Shown: in pieces, positions 9,090-18,759 of the stretch
Position numbering within the stretch: the stretch's first letter is position 1
How the letters are laid out: every line of letters starts with the position of its first letter
Assembly (NCBI GenBank): GCA_016839765.1
Contig: JAEOTP010000043.1
Location: forward strand, 4,345 to 68,344
Direction of reading: 5' to 3'
From: Promethearchaeota archaeon
GTDB lineage: Archaea; Asgardarchaeota; Lokiarchaeia; Sigyniarchaeales; SOKP01
Length of the DNA stretch: 64,000 bases
The notes under the pieces: model-generated
What the model was told of the DNA's origin: nothing
Seen by the model: the letters and a program-made list of their open reading frames with translations, nothing else
Database searches by the model: none
Program-made: the position numbers and the translations under genes

Positions 9090-9372
9090 CGAGCTTTCTC
9101 TTTTCCTTTCATGAGTAAGATAAAAAAGTAGAAAAAAATATGAATATTTATTACAAATAAGTTTTTGGTATAGGGATTTATTATAATGGCGGAGTAAAAA
9201 AGTTTCACAACTTGTATACCTGTCGCATTAATAATTTAATTATCTTTATTTATATTTTAATCTTCATGGATTATTTTTTCTTTTTTTCTTAATCAATAAT
9301 GCAAAAATTGGACTCTTGAAAAAATATATACTTTTGAACTTTTTATAAATCAAAACAATTATAAAAACTATA

Positions 9373-9873
9373 ATGAAGTATTCTCAAAACCAATATAATC
9401 AAGGATTTTCAATTTGTGCCTTAATAATCGCAGGAGTGTTTTTTTATTGGGGAATTAGTGCATTTCTTAATATTGTCTGGCATTTTGGATTCAATTGGAT
9501 GGGTTTTGTTTGGTTTGGTCTTGGAGCAGCAATTCTGGGCAGCCAAATAGCAGCATTAGTTAATAGAAGTAAATTAAGAAATATAGTATTACAGGAACAT
9601 CGTCATAATCCAAATATCTCTGTTGAGGAGATTAGTGCTAATACTGGAATATCAGTTAGAGATGTGAGAGCGATAATTTTAGATTTAAAAGCTAATGGAA
9701 TGTTAAGAGGTCAATTTTCATCTTCCACTGGAGAAGCTAAATCAATGGAAGTAGTTCCAAAATTAGACAAAGAACTGGTTACTCAAGAAAAAAGTAGGTA
9801 TTGCTCAAATTGTGGTACTCCGATTGAAAGTGAAAACGCAGCATTCTGTGCCTATTGTGGCTCTAAATTATAA
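9373..9873 (+). CDS. Membrane protein with wHTH and C-terminal zinc ribbon
   Basis: Two TM helices, ISVEEISANTGISVRDVRAIILDL HTH, CSNCG...CAYCG. Confidence 0.7.
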   Translation: MKYSQNQYNQGFSICALIIAGVFFYWGISAFLNIVWHFGFNWMGFVWFGLGAAILGSQIAALVNRSKLRNIVLQEHRHNPNISVEEISANTGISVRDVRAIILDLKANGMLRGQFSSSTGEAKSMEVVPKLDKELVTQEKSRYCSNCGTPIESENAAFCAYCGSKL

Positions 9874-10047
9874 TTTTTTTATGAGTTTTTTTTATTTTCT
9901 ATTATATGTGAAAGCTGCGGGTTATACTAGATTTACATACTCGTAAATATCATTAGAGATTAAATAAAACTTTGCTAATTGAATTTTTGATATAGTGTTT
10001 TAAATTTTAAAATGAAAATATATAAAAAAAGAATTATAATTTATTTT

Positions 10048-11451
10048 TTATATGGAGCCTAGCTTCTTTTTATGCAACTCAGTCAACTTCTTTCGATTTT
10101 CAGCCAATTTTGCCCCTTTAATTGGATAAAAGTATAAACCGATAAAGGAAAGTACTAAAACTATTGCAGGATATATACCCATAAGTACTCTTAGGCCCAC
10201 GATAACATCAACTCCCGGATTTGGTGTATAATTATACCAATCAGTTGATGTAAATACAATCCCAATAATAACGAAATTTAGAATCATTGATAACCTAATT
10301 AGGAAGTTAAGAACTGCATAATAAATACCAGATCGTCGCACTCCGTATGTGATTTCATCCTCATCGATTATTTCTGCAATACACTGATCATAAAAATATA
10401 AACCACCCCCTAAACCGAATCCCATAAATATCATAAAAATTAGTGCCATTGGAAAAGTATTTGAAAAAGCAAAAAATAATACTGTTACTATCCATACGGC
10501 AGTTCCTATCAACCCACTCATTCTAGCTCCTTTCTTAACTCTAATAATTTCCCATAATGGTGTAGATAAAGCAGCAACAAGAAGATTAACTAATAGCAGT
10601 ATCCCAATTAATTCAGCATCTGTAATACCAACTGCATAAGTAAAAAATAGTGGTGCTAATGTTGGTAGAATATTAATTACAAGCCAGGTACCTAAAGCTG
10701 GGAATAAAAACCACTGAAAAGATTTGTGCTTGAGTGTAAATTTTAGGGTTTTTATGAAAGGCATAGCAGTTTCTGCATCTTTTGAAATATGTTTGGGGTC
10801 CTTGACACCCCATTTCAATATTAGAAAGTAAAAAATAAATATGATGATTGCTGCTACAATTCCAACAATTAGATATTGAGTTAATGTTGTGTTAACGTTT
10901 GCAGGATTACTATTTGTTATATCTTCAATAATAAATGTGGGAAATGCCAAAGCAAACGCTGTAGCAATTAAAACAAACATGATACGAATTCTACCAGTTG
11001 AACTACGTACTTTCATATCAACAAACATTTCAGAAAAAAGAGCGTTATAATTCAAGTTGAATGCTGTATATACAATATCAAAAAGGATGAGGATTATCAT
11101 AAAGTAGATGAAAACTGATTGATTCACATTATAAGTAGATGGGGGAGTAAATAGTAGGATCATTAAAATTCCAAGTGGTATAGTAGCACCTATCATCCAT
11201 GGAATCCGACGTCCCCACCTGCTTTTAGTCCTATCAGAAAGATATCCGATTAAAGGATCATTAATAGCATTCCATAATGCCCAGAATATAAAACCTAGTG
11301 TCATTATGGGGGTAGGTATTCCCACAACAGCAAAATAAAAAGTAAAAATTAGAAAAGTAAATGTGTTTAACGCCATATTATCTCCAACTTCGCCGCATGC
11401 AAACGCAAGTCTCCTACCTAAAGACATTTTTCGAGGTTTTTCCTCATTCAT
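10048..11451 (-). CDS. MFS transporter, glycoside-pentoside-hexuronide (MelB-like) family
   Basis: WNAINDPLIGYLSDRTKSRWGRRIPW and DEDEITYGVRRSGIYY motifs; about 12 TM helices. Confidence 0.9.
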   Translation of the reverse strand: MNEEKPRKMSLGRRLAFACGEVGDNMALNTFTFLIFTFYFAVVGIPTPIMTLGFIFWALWNAINDPLIGYLSDRTKSRWGRRIPWMIGATIPLGILMILLFTPPSTYNVNQSVFIYFMIILILFDIVYTAFNLNYNALFSEMFVDMKVRSSTGRIRIMFVLIATAFALAFPTFIIEDITNSNPANVNTTLTQYLIVGIVAAIIIFIFYFLILKWGVKDPKHISKDAETAMPFIKTLKFTLKHKSFQWFLFPALGTWLVINILPTLAPLFFTYAVGITDAELIGILLLVNLLVAALSTPLWEIIRVKKGARMSGLIGTAVWIVTVLFFAFSNTFPMALIFMIFMGFGLGGGLYFYDQCIAEIIDEDEITYGVRRSGIYYAVLNFLIRLSMILNFVIIGIVFTSTDWYNYTPNPGVDVIVGLRVLMGIYPAIVLVLSFIGLYFYPIKGAKLAENRKKLTELHKKKLGSI

Positions 11452-11612
11452 ATAATCAACTTTTTTTAAAATTTTTATCTATTAAAACAGATTGTTTTTT
11501 TAGTTTTAAAAATTAAAAACAAATGTGATTTACTATTTGTTATTCCACTTTAAAAAACTTTCTAAAAATAAAAATTTGGCAATAATGCTAATTTTAACAG
11601 AGAGGTGAATAA

Positions 11613-12662
11613 ATGGAAAAAATGCTAGCAGCTGTATTTCATGAAAATGAAAGTGGCGGTGGTGAAGTCAAGTTAGAAGAAGTAGTTATACCAATAATTA
11701 TGAAAAATGATCAGATTCTTATTGAAGTAAAAGCATGTGGTATCTGTGGTACTGATTTAAAGATTATTGAGGGCGGACATCCTGCTAATGATAATACTAT
11801 TATAGGACATGAATTCGGTGGAGTAATCAAAGAAATAGGTAAAGATGTAAAAGATTTAGAAATTGGTGATAATGTAGTAATTGATCCGAATGAAAAATGT
11901 GGTTATTGCATTAATTGTAGAAGAGGTTTTTCAAATCTTTGTGATTTTATGGCTTTAGGTACGACCTTCGGTATTTTTCAGAATGGTGGATTCGCAAAAT
12001 ATTGTATTATCCCAAAGAGTGCGGCCTTTAAACTTCCTGATAATATAGACATGAATGCTGCTGCATTAATAGAACCATTATCTTGCGCGGTGCACTGTCA
12101 TAATATAGCCAATGTTAGAGAATCTGATAATGTGGTAATAATTGGAGCTGGACCTATGGGATTGATTATAGAATCTGTAATTAGAAAACATCCAATAAAG
12201 AATTTAATTTGCGTTGAATTAAATGATTGGCGTAGAGAAAAAGCTATGGACCTAGGTGCCGATTTTGTAATAAATCCTAACTCTCAAAATGTCAAAAAGG
12301 AAATTATGAGAATTACTAATGAAAACGGAGCAGATGTTATTATCGACGCAGTTGGGCTTTCAGAAACTTTCGAAATGGGATTAAGTATGTGGGCTCCAGG
12401 CGCTAGATTAGTATGTTTTGGACAGGATTATCGTGCTGAAGCTAAAATAAAACCTAATGATATTGTAAGATATCAAAGAAAAATTTTAGGCTCTTATATA
12501 GGTTATGCTGAGGATTTTTTAGATGCTATTGAATTAATCAATAATAAAGTTATTGAGATTGAAAAATTAATAACTAAAATAATACCCCTAAACCAATTGA
12601 TTACAACTGGTTTTCATCTAATGAAAGAGCGAAAATGTGTTAAAATAATCGTCAATCCTTAA
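11613..12662 (+). CDS. Zinc-dependent medium-chain alcohol/polyol dehydrogenase
   Basis: CGICGTD, GHEFGG, CGYCINCRRGFSNLC structural Zn site, GAGPMG NAD motif; SD GAGGTGA. Confidence 0.9.
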   Translation: MEKMLAAVFHENESGGGEVKLEEVVIPIIMKNDQILIEVKACGICGTDLKIIEGGHPANDNTIIGHEFGGVIKEIGKDVKDLEIGDNVVIDPNEKCGYCINCRRGFSNLCDFMALGTTFGIFQNGGFAKYCIIPKSAAFKLPDNIDMNAAALIEPLSCAVHCHNIANVRESDNVVIIGAGPMGLIIESVIRKHPIKNLICVELNDWRREKAMDLGADFVINPNSQNVKKEIMRITNENGADVIIDAVGLSETFEMGLSMWAPGARLVCFGQDYRAEAKIKPNDIVRYQRKILGSYIGYAEDFLDAIELINNKVIEIEKLITKIIPLNQLITTGFHLMKERKCVKIIVNP

Positions 12663-12749
12663 TATAGTTCTAAATTTAAACTTTTTATTGAAACAAGAAT
12701 TATTAAAAAACAAGAAGTTAATATTTTAAAATCCTTAGTTTGAATTTTT

Positions 12750-13295
12750 ATGTCTTATGATATTTCTGCTTTGAAAGTTTTAATCAAAAAAATTTTTCCA
12801 CCTAAAGAATCCGTATATATAGTTGATTCTAATGGCGATGGAATCATGGATTCTATTGTTATAAAAGCATTAAATGTATTTATGCCAATTGAAATCCCAG
12901 AAAAAATTGAGATCGGAGGCTTTAATACTGAAAATTTTGATCTCTCTAATTTTGATTTATCTGAATACGGAAAGCTTTATCTCGATGATAATCCTATCCA
13001 TATTTCGAAAAAAGATTTTGATATTGAAAAATTAAAAGAACGCTTTTTAATATATCATAAAGGTGAAAAATTCAGAATAGATGATTTAATAAGTGGGAAA
13101 TTAGCAGGAAGATTGATTGCATTAGGAGATAGCATAAATATTCTTATAAAAATAGATAAAGACGCAATAAAAAAATTTTCAGAAGGTAAACATAAACTTA
13201 CAATTGAATCGGAATTAATACCAAAATTAGAATTTTATTTTGAATTAACCAAAAAGAATCTGGATAAAAAATTAGAAGATATTATTTCTTTCTGA
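12750..13295 (+). CDS. Hypothetical protein
   Basis: 181-aa ORF; DSNGDGIMD resembles a calcium-binding loop; no family recognised. Confidence 0.6.
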   Translation: MSYDISALKVLIKKIFPPKESVYIVDSNGDGIMDSIVIKALNVFMPIEIPEKIEIGGFNTENFDLSNFDLSEYGKLYLDDNPIHISKKDFDIEKLKERFLIYHKGEKFRIDDLISGKLAGRLIALGDSINILIKIDKDAIKKFSEGKHKLTIESELIPKLEFYFELTKKNLDKKLEDIISF

Positions 13296-13387
13296 TTAAT
13301 TAAGATTTTGGATTTTGTTTTTATTTCGCACTATTCAAATTTTTCTATTTATTAAAGGAGTTTTTATTTCTCAATCTAAAATATTTA

Positions 13388-14017
13388 TTGAGGAGATATA
13401 AAGTGGAAGTTATTGAAGAGAAAATTCAAGCACAAAAGAGTGAATCAACTGAATTTATACAAATTATGATAAAATGTCCAGTATGCAAATTAAAAAAAAA
13501 GTTAAAATTTCCTAAATCAGTTATCAATTATACGAAGCAGCTTACAACTATATCTATTCCAAAAGGCTTAGTATGTGAACATCATTTTCAAGCGTTTGTA
13601 GATAAAAATTTCATGGTACGCGGATATCAAAAAGTAGATTTTGAATATGCTTCTGAGTTAGTTAAATCCAAAAAATTAACCCAGAAAGACGGTAATGGTA
13701 AAGATAAAGAATTTTCTGAGTATATAATCATTGAAGAAAATTACCTTGCGTATAAACCAAAAGAAAATCAAATTATAATCGAAAGAAAGTATAATAACAA
13801 TGACCTAAAGAAGGCAATCGAGAATAAAGCAAATTCAGTAGATATAAAAAGTACATTATTAAAAAGAAATACTAAAAAACTTATTGATAAGAAATCAAAA
13901 ATGAAACTTGAAGATATTTACGATGAGTTTTGGGATTTTATTGACGAGAATAATAAAGATTTTCAAAAACTTATCCAGGATGATCACAGACGTGAAACTT
14001 TAACAAATAATTTTTAA
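13388..14017 (+). CDS. Hypothetical zinc-finger-like protein
   Basis: CPVC...CEHHFQAFVDKNFMVRGYQKVD; exact start uncertain. Confidence 0.6.
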   Translation: MRRYKVEVIEEKIQAQKSESTEFIQIMIKCPVCKLKKKLKFPKSVINYTKQLTTISIPKGLVCEHHFQAFVDKNFMVRGYQKVDFEYASELVKSKKLTQKDGNGKDKEFSEYIIIEENYLAYKPKENQIIIERKYNNNDLKKAIENKANSVDIKSTLLKRNTKKLIDKKSKMKLEDIYDEFWDFIDENNKDFQKLIQDDHRRETLTNNF

Positions 14018-14255
14018 ACGAATCAAATTATTTTTTTTCTCTTTAAATCTTCTTATTGATGTGAAATAATCTTTATTAAACAATTATATTTTGTAATTAT
14101 TAAAAGCAATTATTAAAAAAATTGAAGAAGCCCTCACTTATAATCTAAATTATACGGGACTTAAGCGTGAGAAAATGAAAGAATTAAATATTTATGGCAA
14201 TAAATTAGTAAACGATTTAAGGAATTATTTAAGTTAACTATTGAGAAGTAATAAG

Positions 14256-14393
14256 TGCCAAGGGCGAGATTTGAATTCGCGATTCATCGCAAATCGCGAT
14301 GAAATTCTCGCGATACCCAGATCTTCAGTCTGGTGCGTTCCTACCCAAAATGGAGGGTAAAGCTCCCATGATTCCGGGCTACGCCACCTTGGC
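14256..14393 (-). tRNA. tRNA-Phe(GAA) with two introns: 33 nt in the D-loop (14341..14373) and 31 nt at 53/54 (14276..14306)
   Basis: Removing both inserts gives the 74-nt GCCAAGGTGGCGTAGCCCGG|GAACGCACCAGACTGAAGATCTGGGTATCGCGAG|TTCAAATCTCGCCCTTGGCA cloverleaf. Confidence 0.9.
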
Positions 14394-14476
14394 TCTTTTG
14401 GAATTTTAAAATTTTTGGGGTTTCAAAATTCGTAATTTAAAAAGTATAAAATATCATATAAAGTTTTTTAGAACAT

Positions 14477-15220
14477 CTATTTTTTTAATATTTCTGCCCT
14501 CTTTTCCATCACAAGTTTTTCGCTAGCATATCTGAGGATTAAACGAGTAAATCTATACTTATTTTCCATTAGATATTCATAGATTAATTCGGGTTTATAC
14601 TTTGAGCATGTTTTAAGAAGCCAGCCTATACCCTTCTCAATATAATTTTCATTAGAAAATTCTAGCATTTTTTGCACAAGGTTATATACATAATCCTTGT
14701 CAAATTCCTTTCTTACCATGATAATTTTAAGTAAAAGAACCATAGAACCCCGTTTTATCCAAAAATTTTTAGAATTAGCCCATTCATTAATGGTTCGCTT
14801 AGCTAATTCTTCATTTCCTTTTTTAGCTAAAAATGGACCTAAAACTCTTATACAAGAACTATCTAAAACGCTCCAGGTATGGCAATTTTCTAAAAGTTCA
14901 TCATGAAAAAGTTTAATTGTATTTTGAGTAAAAAATTTCTTAAATCGATTTAGAAAAAGAAATCCTGCTAATTTTTCTTCCTCGATGTTAGATCTTATTA
15001 ACTCTTTATAAATCTCAGCGGCATCATTGTAAGTACAGTCAAAGTTATCTGAAACTGTTTTAACAATCTTATCAATTGTAGCAACTCTGATGCCATATAT
15101 TTCATAATTATCATTATCAGGGTTTATTATTTTATACATTCGATTCATTTGTTCTTCCGTTAAATTAGATTTATTCTGTAATAATAACTTTCTTATTTCT
15201 TTAACGGCTTTTTGTATCAT
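14477..15220 (-). CDS. DNA alkylation repair protein (AlkD-like HEAT-repeat family)
   Basis: YGIRV, W..LD, WANSKNFWIKR, YIEKGIGWLLK, LRYASEKL motifs. Confidence 0.8.
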   Translation of the reverse strand: MIQKAVKEIRKLLLQNKSNLTEEQMNRMYKIINPDNDNYEIYGIRVATIDKIVKTVSDNFDCTYNDAAEIYKELIRSNIEEEKLAGFLFLNRFKKFFTQNTIKLFHDELLENCHTWSVLDSSCIRVLGPFLAKKGNEELAKRTINEWANSKNFWIKRGSMVLLLKIIMVRKEFDKDYVYNLVQKMLEFSNENYIEKGIGWLLKTCSKYKPELIYEYLMENKYRFTRLILRYASEKLVMEKRAEILKK

Positions 15221-15279
15221 CGAAATTTCATAATCTCTTATTTTAATAAAATAATAAATGAAATAATAAATCGGTTTAA

Positions 15280-16431
15280 TTAATTAATAAATCTTTCTAA
15301 AGTCGTTTTTTCGTGTGTCAATTTAAGCTTTTCTAAATAGGGCTTTACAAATTCAATGATTTCCTTTGAAAAATTTTTTAACTTAGATAACTCATCTCGT
15401 TTATATACATCAATAATTGACACATCAAGATTATTGAGGTTTAGACCTGCCCATTTCATATTATTATTTGATTTTCCTGTAGTTATTGCGTCAATGTACT
15501 CCTTATTTAGTAGTAGTTCAGCTATTTTATAATTCCATTTTCTATAATCATTTGGAATCCAACGTTTAACGCGAACTGCTAACTTATATTCCTGGCATAA
15601 GTTATATAACTTTGAATTTAATTTTCGAACATAATTTGCTGGAGGATTCGTTAGCCCTTTATATAGCTCTAAAAGTGGTTTGACAATATAGTTATATTTA
15701 CTATTCTTTAATTTTTTAATAAAGAATTGAGCTTGGGCATCTCTTAAAGTTAATCCTGGAGCAAATAATACAAATTCTGCACCAGCCTTTTTTGATTGTT
15801 TAATAACATCTTCGAGACTTGCGTCGTCATCCTCTAAAAAAGGAATAATAGGCATAAAATATATACCTACTTGTATTTCTGGAGCTTTTATTTTGATAGT
15901 ATGCAATGCTTTTAAACGTTCAGAAGGGTTTGATGAATTTGGTTCTAATAAATTTGCTAATTCTTCATTTACTGTAGAAATAGAGAAACCAACTGTACTC
16001 CAAGTCTCCTTAGCTATTTCTTTTAAAATATCAACATCTCTCGTAATTAAACTTGATTTGGTTGCGATATTAACTGGAAATTCATGTTTTTTTAATACTT
16101 CTAATATTTTTCTTGTATTTTTTTGAGTTTTTTCTACGGGTTGATATGCATCGCATACGCCTCCCGGTCCTATAACATCTGGTAAGAGTGTTCGTGCTCG
16201 TTGTATTCTTTGTTCTAATTTTTTATCAGTATTTATCTTTACTACAATTTCATTTTCAAAATCTTGTTCTAAATAATATCTTTCACTTCTTGCATCGCAA
16301 TAAATACAAGTATGAGCACAACCAGAATAAGGATTAATTGTGTATCGTGCCCAGAACCATGAATCAGGATACTTTAATTTGTTTAATGCTGATTTAAATT
16401 CCTTATGAATTATTTTAAAACTGTTTCGCAT
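15280..16431 (-). CDS. Radical SAM protein, SplB/Rv2578c-like DNA repair family
   Basis: INPYSGCAHTCIYCDAR CxxxCxxC, DAYQPVE, TKS, LEP, MPIIPFLED. Confidence 0.8.
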   Translation of the reverse strand: MRNSFKIIHKEFKSALNKLKYPDSWFWARYTINPYSGCAHTCIYCDARSERYYLEQDFENEIVVKINTDKKLEQRIQRARTLLPDVIGPGGVCDAYQPVEKTQKNTRKILEVLKKHEFPVNIATKSSLITRDVDILKEIAKETWSTVGFSISTVNEELANLLEPNSSNPSERLKALHTIKIKAPEIQVGIYFMPIIPFLEDDDASLEDVIKQSKKAGAEFVLFAPGLTLRDAQAQFFIKKLKNSKYNYIVKPLLELYKGLTNPPANYVRKLNSKLYNLCQEYKLAVRVKRWIPNDYRKWNYKIAELLLNKEYIDAITTGKSNNNMKWAGLNLNNLDVSIIDVYKRDELSKLKNFSKEIIEFVKPYLEKLKLTHEKTTLERFIN

Positions 16432-16512
16432 TTTTCATACAAAGATTTTGATATTGCTAAATAATAATTAAAAGAATTTAAGATTATCCTTCAAATATTC
16501 CATTAAATTTAA

Positions 16513-16596
16513 GAAAAAACGCCCTTTTCATATAAATATTGAAGTGATGAAAATATGGAAATGGAAAAGATATTCTTATATCAAGGGCGTCTTTTC
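16513..16596. repeat. Hairpin element copy 1 (terminal inverted repeats), candidate sRNA
   Basis: GAAAAAACGCCCTT...AAGGGCGTCTTTTC enclosing TATTGAAGTGATGAAAATATGGAAATGGAAAA; related copy at 17591. Confidence 0.7.
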
Positions 16597-16674
16597 AACT
16601 AATGCATAAATATTTTTTGTTTTTTTTACAAATAATGAGCAAAAATTATACGTAAATAAATCTTAAAAAAAAAA

Positions 16675-17412
16675 TTACTCAAATTTGCCGGTATACTCAG
16701 GAAAACTTTCTGGTGGCCATGCTTTAGGAGTATTACCAATTCGAGAGTAGCGGTGATCACAACCAGGAGCCCCATTTGCAAGGGATTGAGTACGCGATAG
16801 ACCAAATCCAAGGACATGTGCTTGAGCAAAATCAATAAGACATGCGAATGGAGCATATTTTTCTGCTCCTAATTTTTTATATGCTTTATGAATCGCACAT
16901 TCAGATACATTCAAGCCGTAATCGAAATCTTCATTTTTACCATCCACGAATTCCATAACCCAATTATCAGGATATTTCCTCTTCAATGTATCATTACAAT
17001 GTGTCTTTGCAGAATTAATAAAAACATCATCAAAGTAAAGATCTAATAGATTCATCCCTTTCTTTTCTGCTCGTTCTATAGCATTTTTTATTTCTATCTC
17101 AGTAAATTTATTAGCAAAATCCCCAATTTCTCGATATGTATATCCTTCCTTTTCAAGTATAAAAAACATTGCTAATAATGATACTTTATCTGTAATTATT
17201 GAGATAAAGAGGTTCCTTTTTCCTCCGACATCGATCATTTTGGTTAAAATGTCTTCATATTCCTTTCGCATTTGAGTGATTAGATCCTCTGATTTAGATT
17301 CATCAAATCTCTCCATTAAGAGATCCTTAGCAATTTTTAGAGAATATCCAAACCTTTTCATCAATTTTGATTTATTTTTTACATAATAATCTTTAACACT
17401 TTTATTTGACAT
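16675..17412 (-). CDS. L-2-amino-thiazoline-4-carboxylic acid hydrolase-like protein
   Basis: FDYGLNVSECAI...FACLIDF...LSRTQSLANGAPGCDHR three-cysteine pattern. Confidence 0.75.
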   Translation of the reverse strand: MSNKSVKDYYVKNKSKLMKRFGYSLKIAKDLLMERFDESKSEDLITQMRKEYEDILTKMIDVGGKRNLFISIITDKVSLLAMFFILEKEGYTYREIGDFANKFTEIEIKNAIERAEKKGMNLLDLYFDDVFINSAKTHCNDTLKRKYPDNWVMEFVDGKNEDFDYGLNVSECAIHKAYKKLGAEKYAPFACLIDFAQAHVLGFGLSRTQSLANGAPGCDHRYSRIGNTPKAWPPESFPEYTGKFE

Positions 17413-17590
17413 TTAATATCACTTTTAATGAGATTAGGTTTATTTATTGATTAATTCAAAAGAAAGAAAACTAATTTTTAAATTTAGACTAAAATATTGT
17501 TAACAAGCCACTGAGATTATTCAAAAATCGTATAAAGCTTATATTAATCCTTTTAAATCTTGAAATATATTAAAAAAATCATGAATAAAG

Positions 17591-17661
17591 GAAAAAACGC
17601 CCTTTTATTGAAGTGATTAAAATATGGAAATGGAAAAATATATTCTCAAGGGCGCTTTTTC
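17591..17661. repeat. Hairpin element copy 2 (terminal inverted repeats), candidate sRNA
   Basis: GAAAAAACGCCCTT...AAGGGCGCTTTTTC enclosing TATTGAAGTGATTAAAATATGGAAATGGAAAA. Confidence 0.7.
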
Positions 17662-17839
17662 AATACATTCATACAAATATGTACATATAACTCTTTGCAT
17701 TTTTATGCCCGTTTTTTATTAAAAAATCGAAATATTTTTAATAATTCTCATAATAAAAACGAAGAAAGAAGCAGATTTACTTACAATCTCTAAAATTATG
17801 ACTTATTACTTGATTAAATCAACCTTATTTAATGTTGTA

Positions 17840-17867
17840 ATTTCGTGAAATCATCGTTTCACGAAAT
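17840..17867. repeat. Perfect 11-bp inverted repeat downstream of tRNA-Gly
   Basis: ATTTCGTGAAA-TCATCG-TTTCACGAAAT. Confidence 0.6.
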
Positions 17868-17908
17868 GTTTACCTGAGATTTTTTATTTAACATTGATAG
17901 AATTAGAA

Positions 17909-17979
17909 TGCGTCGTCCGGGGATCGAACCCGGGTCACTGGCTTGGAAGGCCAGAATCCTACCGCTAGACTAACGACGC
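17909..17979 (-). tRNA. tRNA-Gly(TCC)
   Basis: Reverse complement GCGTCGTTAGTCTAGCGGTAGGATTCTGGCCTTCCAAGCCAGTGACCCGGGTTCGATCCCCGGACGACGCA. Confidence 0.95.
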
Positions 17980-18033
17980 TATGGTATGATCAAAAAGAAA
18001 ACATTTCTTATAACTTTACTGCTTTCTCGGCTT

Positions 18034-18708
18034 TTATTTGATATCATTTATTATTTCATAAAAACTAATAATTTTACCCACAACAATCCAAGCATCTAAA
18101 GAATATTGGGAAATTGAAATAATTCTATTACTCAATTCCAAGGTTTCTTTTGAAAAAGTGCCTTTTTGGAAACCACCTATTATTATAATATAATTTTTAG
18201 AAGTATCTTTTTGGAAGATATCTAAATGATGTTGGATTAAACCTCCCCTGCTTGAAAATAGTAATACTTCTTTCTTTTTAATTATTTTTATTAATTCTCT
18301 GAGATTTTCCTTGAGTTCTTTAATTAAATAGCTTTTTTCGAATTCAATCTTACCATCTATTAGGAGTTTTGCAATCAAACCTTTAAATCTGTTGTAATTT
18401 CGGGTGATTCTTATTTCAGGATTTAATTCAAAGATACGATTATTTACGGTATGAAAATAAATTTTGAGTTGTTTATTTTTATTTAATGGAGAGCCTAATG
18501 CATTAAGTAGACAATTATGAAGAATATCAGGACGCCCTCTTTTTTCGAAATTATTTAGCTTTACCATAGCAGAGTGGTGTAGAGCATTATCTAAAAGTTG
18601 GGATGAATAATTCTTACTTCTGATATTTTTCTTTACAGAAGGATGATCTCTAATTTCTTTTGGAATGAGTTCTAATCCACACTCTGCTATAATTAAGGTT
18701 AGAGCCAT
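18034..18708 (-). CDS. nep1: 16S rRNA pseudouridine N1-methyltransferase Nep1/Emg1
   Basis: LLD..LH, RGRPDILH, SPLNK, RI.RNYNRFKGL, IGGFQKG. Confidence 0.92.
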   Translation of the reverse strand: MALTLIIAECGLELIPKEIRDHPSVKKNIRSKNYSSQLLDNALHHSAMVKLNNFEKRGRPDILHNCLLNALGSPLNKNKQLKIYFHTVNNRIFELNPEIRITRNYNRFKGLIAKLLIDGKIEFEKSYLIKELKENLRELIKIIKKKEVLLFSSRGGLIQHHLDIFQKDTSKNYIIIIGGFQKGTFSKETLELSNRIISISQYSLDAWIVVGKIISFYEIINDIK

Positions 18709-18759
18709 AATCTTAAATTAAATTTATGTAATTTTTAAAAGGAAATTAAATTCTTTTAA

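Noticed and set aside
14098-14237. Open frame LLKAIIKKIEEALTYNLNY...LRNYLS next to tRNA-Phe
   Set aside because: No start codon for most of it and no recognisable homology; at most a remnant.
16544-16550. C-box (GTGATGA) suggesting a C/D guide RNA
   Set aside because: Copy 2 has GTGATTA and no suitably placed D box (CTGA) was found.
16548-16610. Plus-strand micro-ORFs inside the hairpin elements (MEMEKIFLYQGRLFN; MEMEKYILKGAF...)
   Set aside because: Frame and length are not conserved between the two copies beyond five codons, whereas the stem and loop sequence are.
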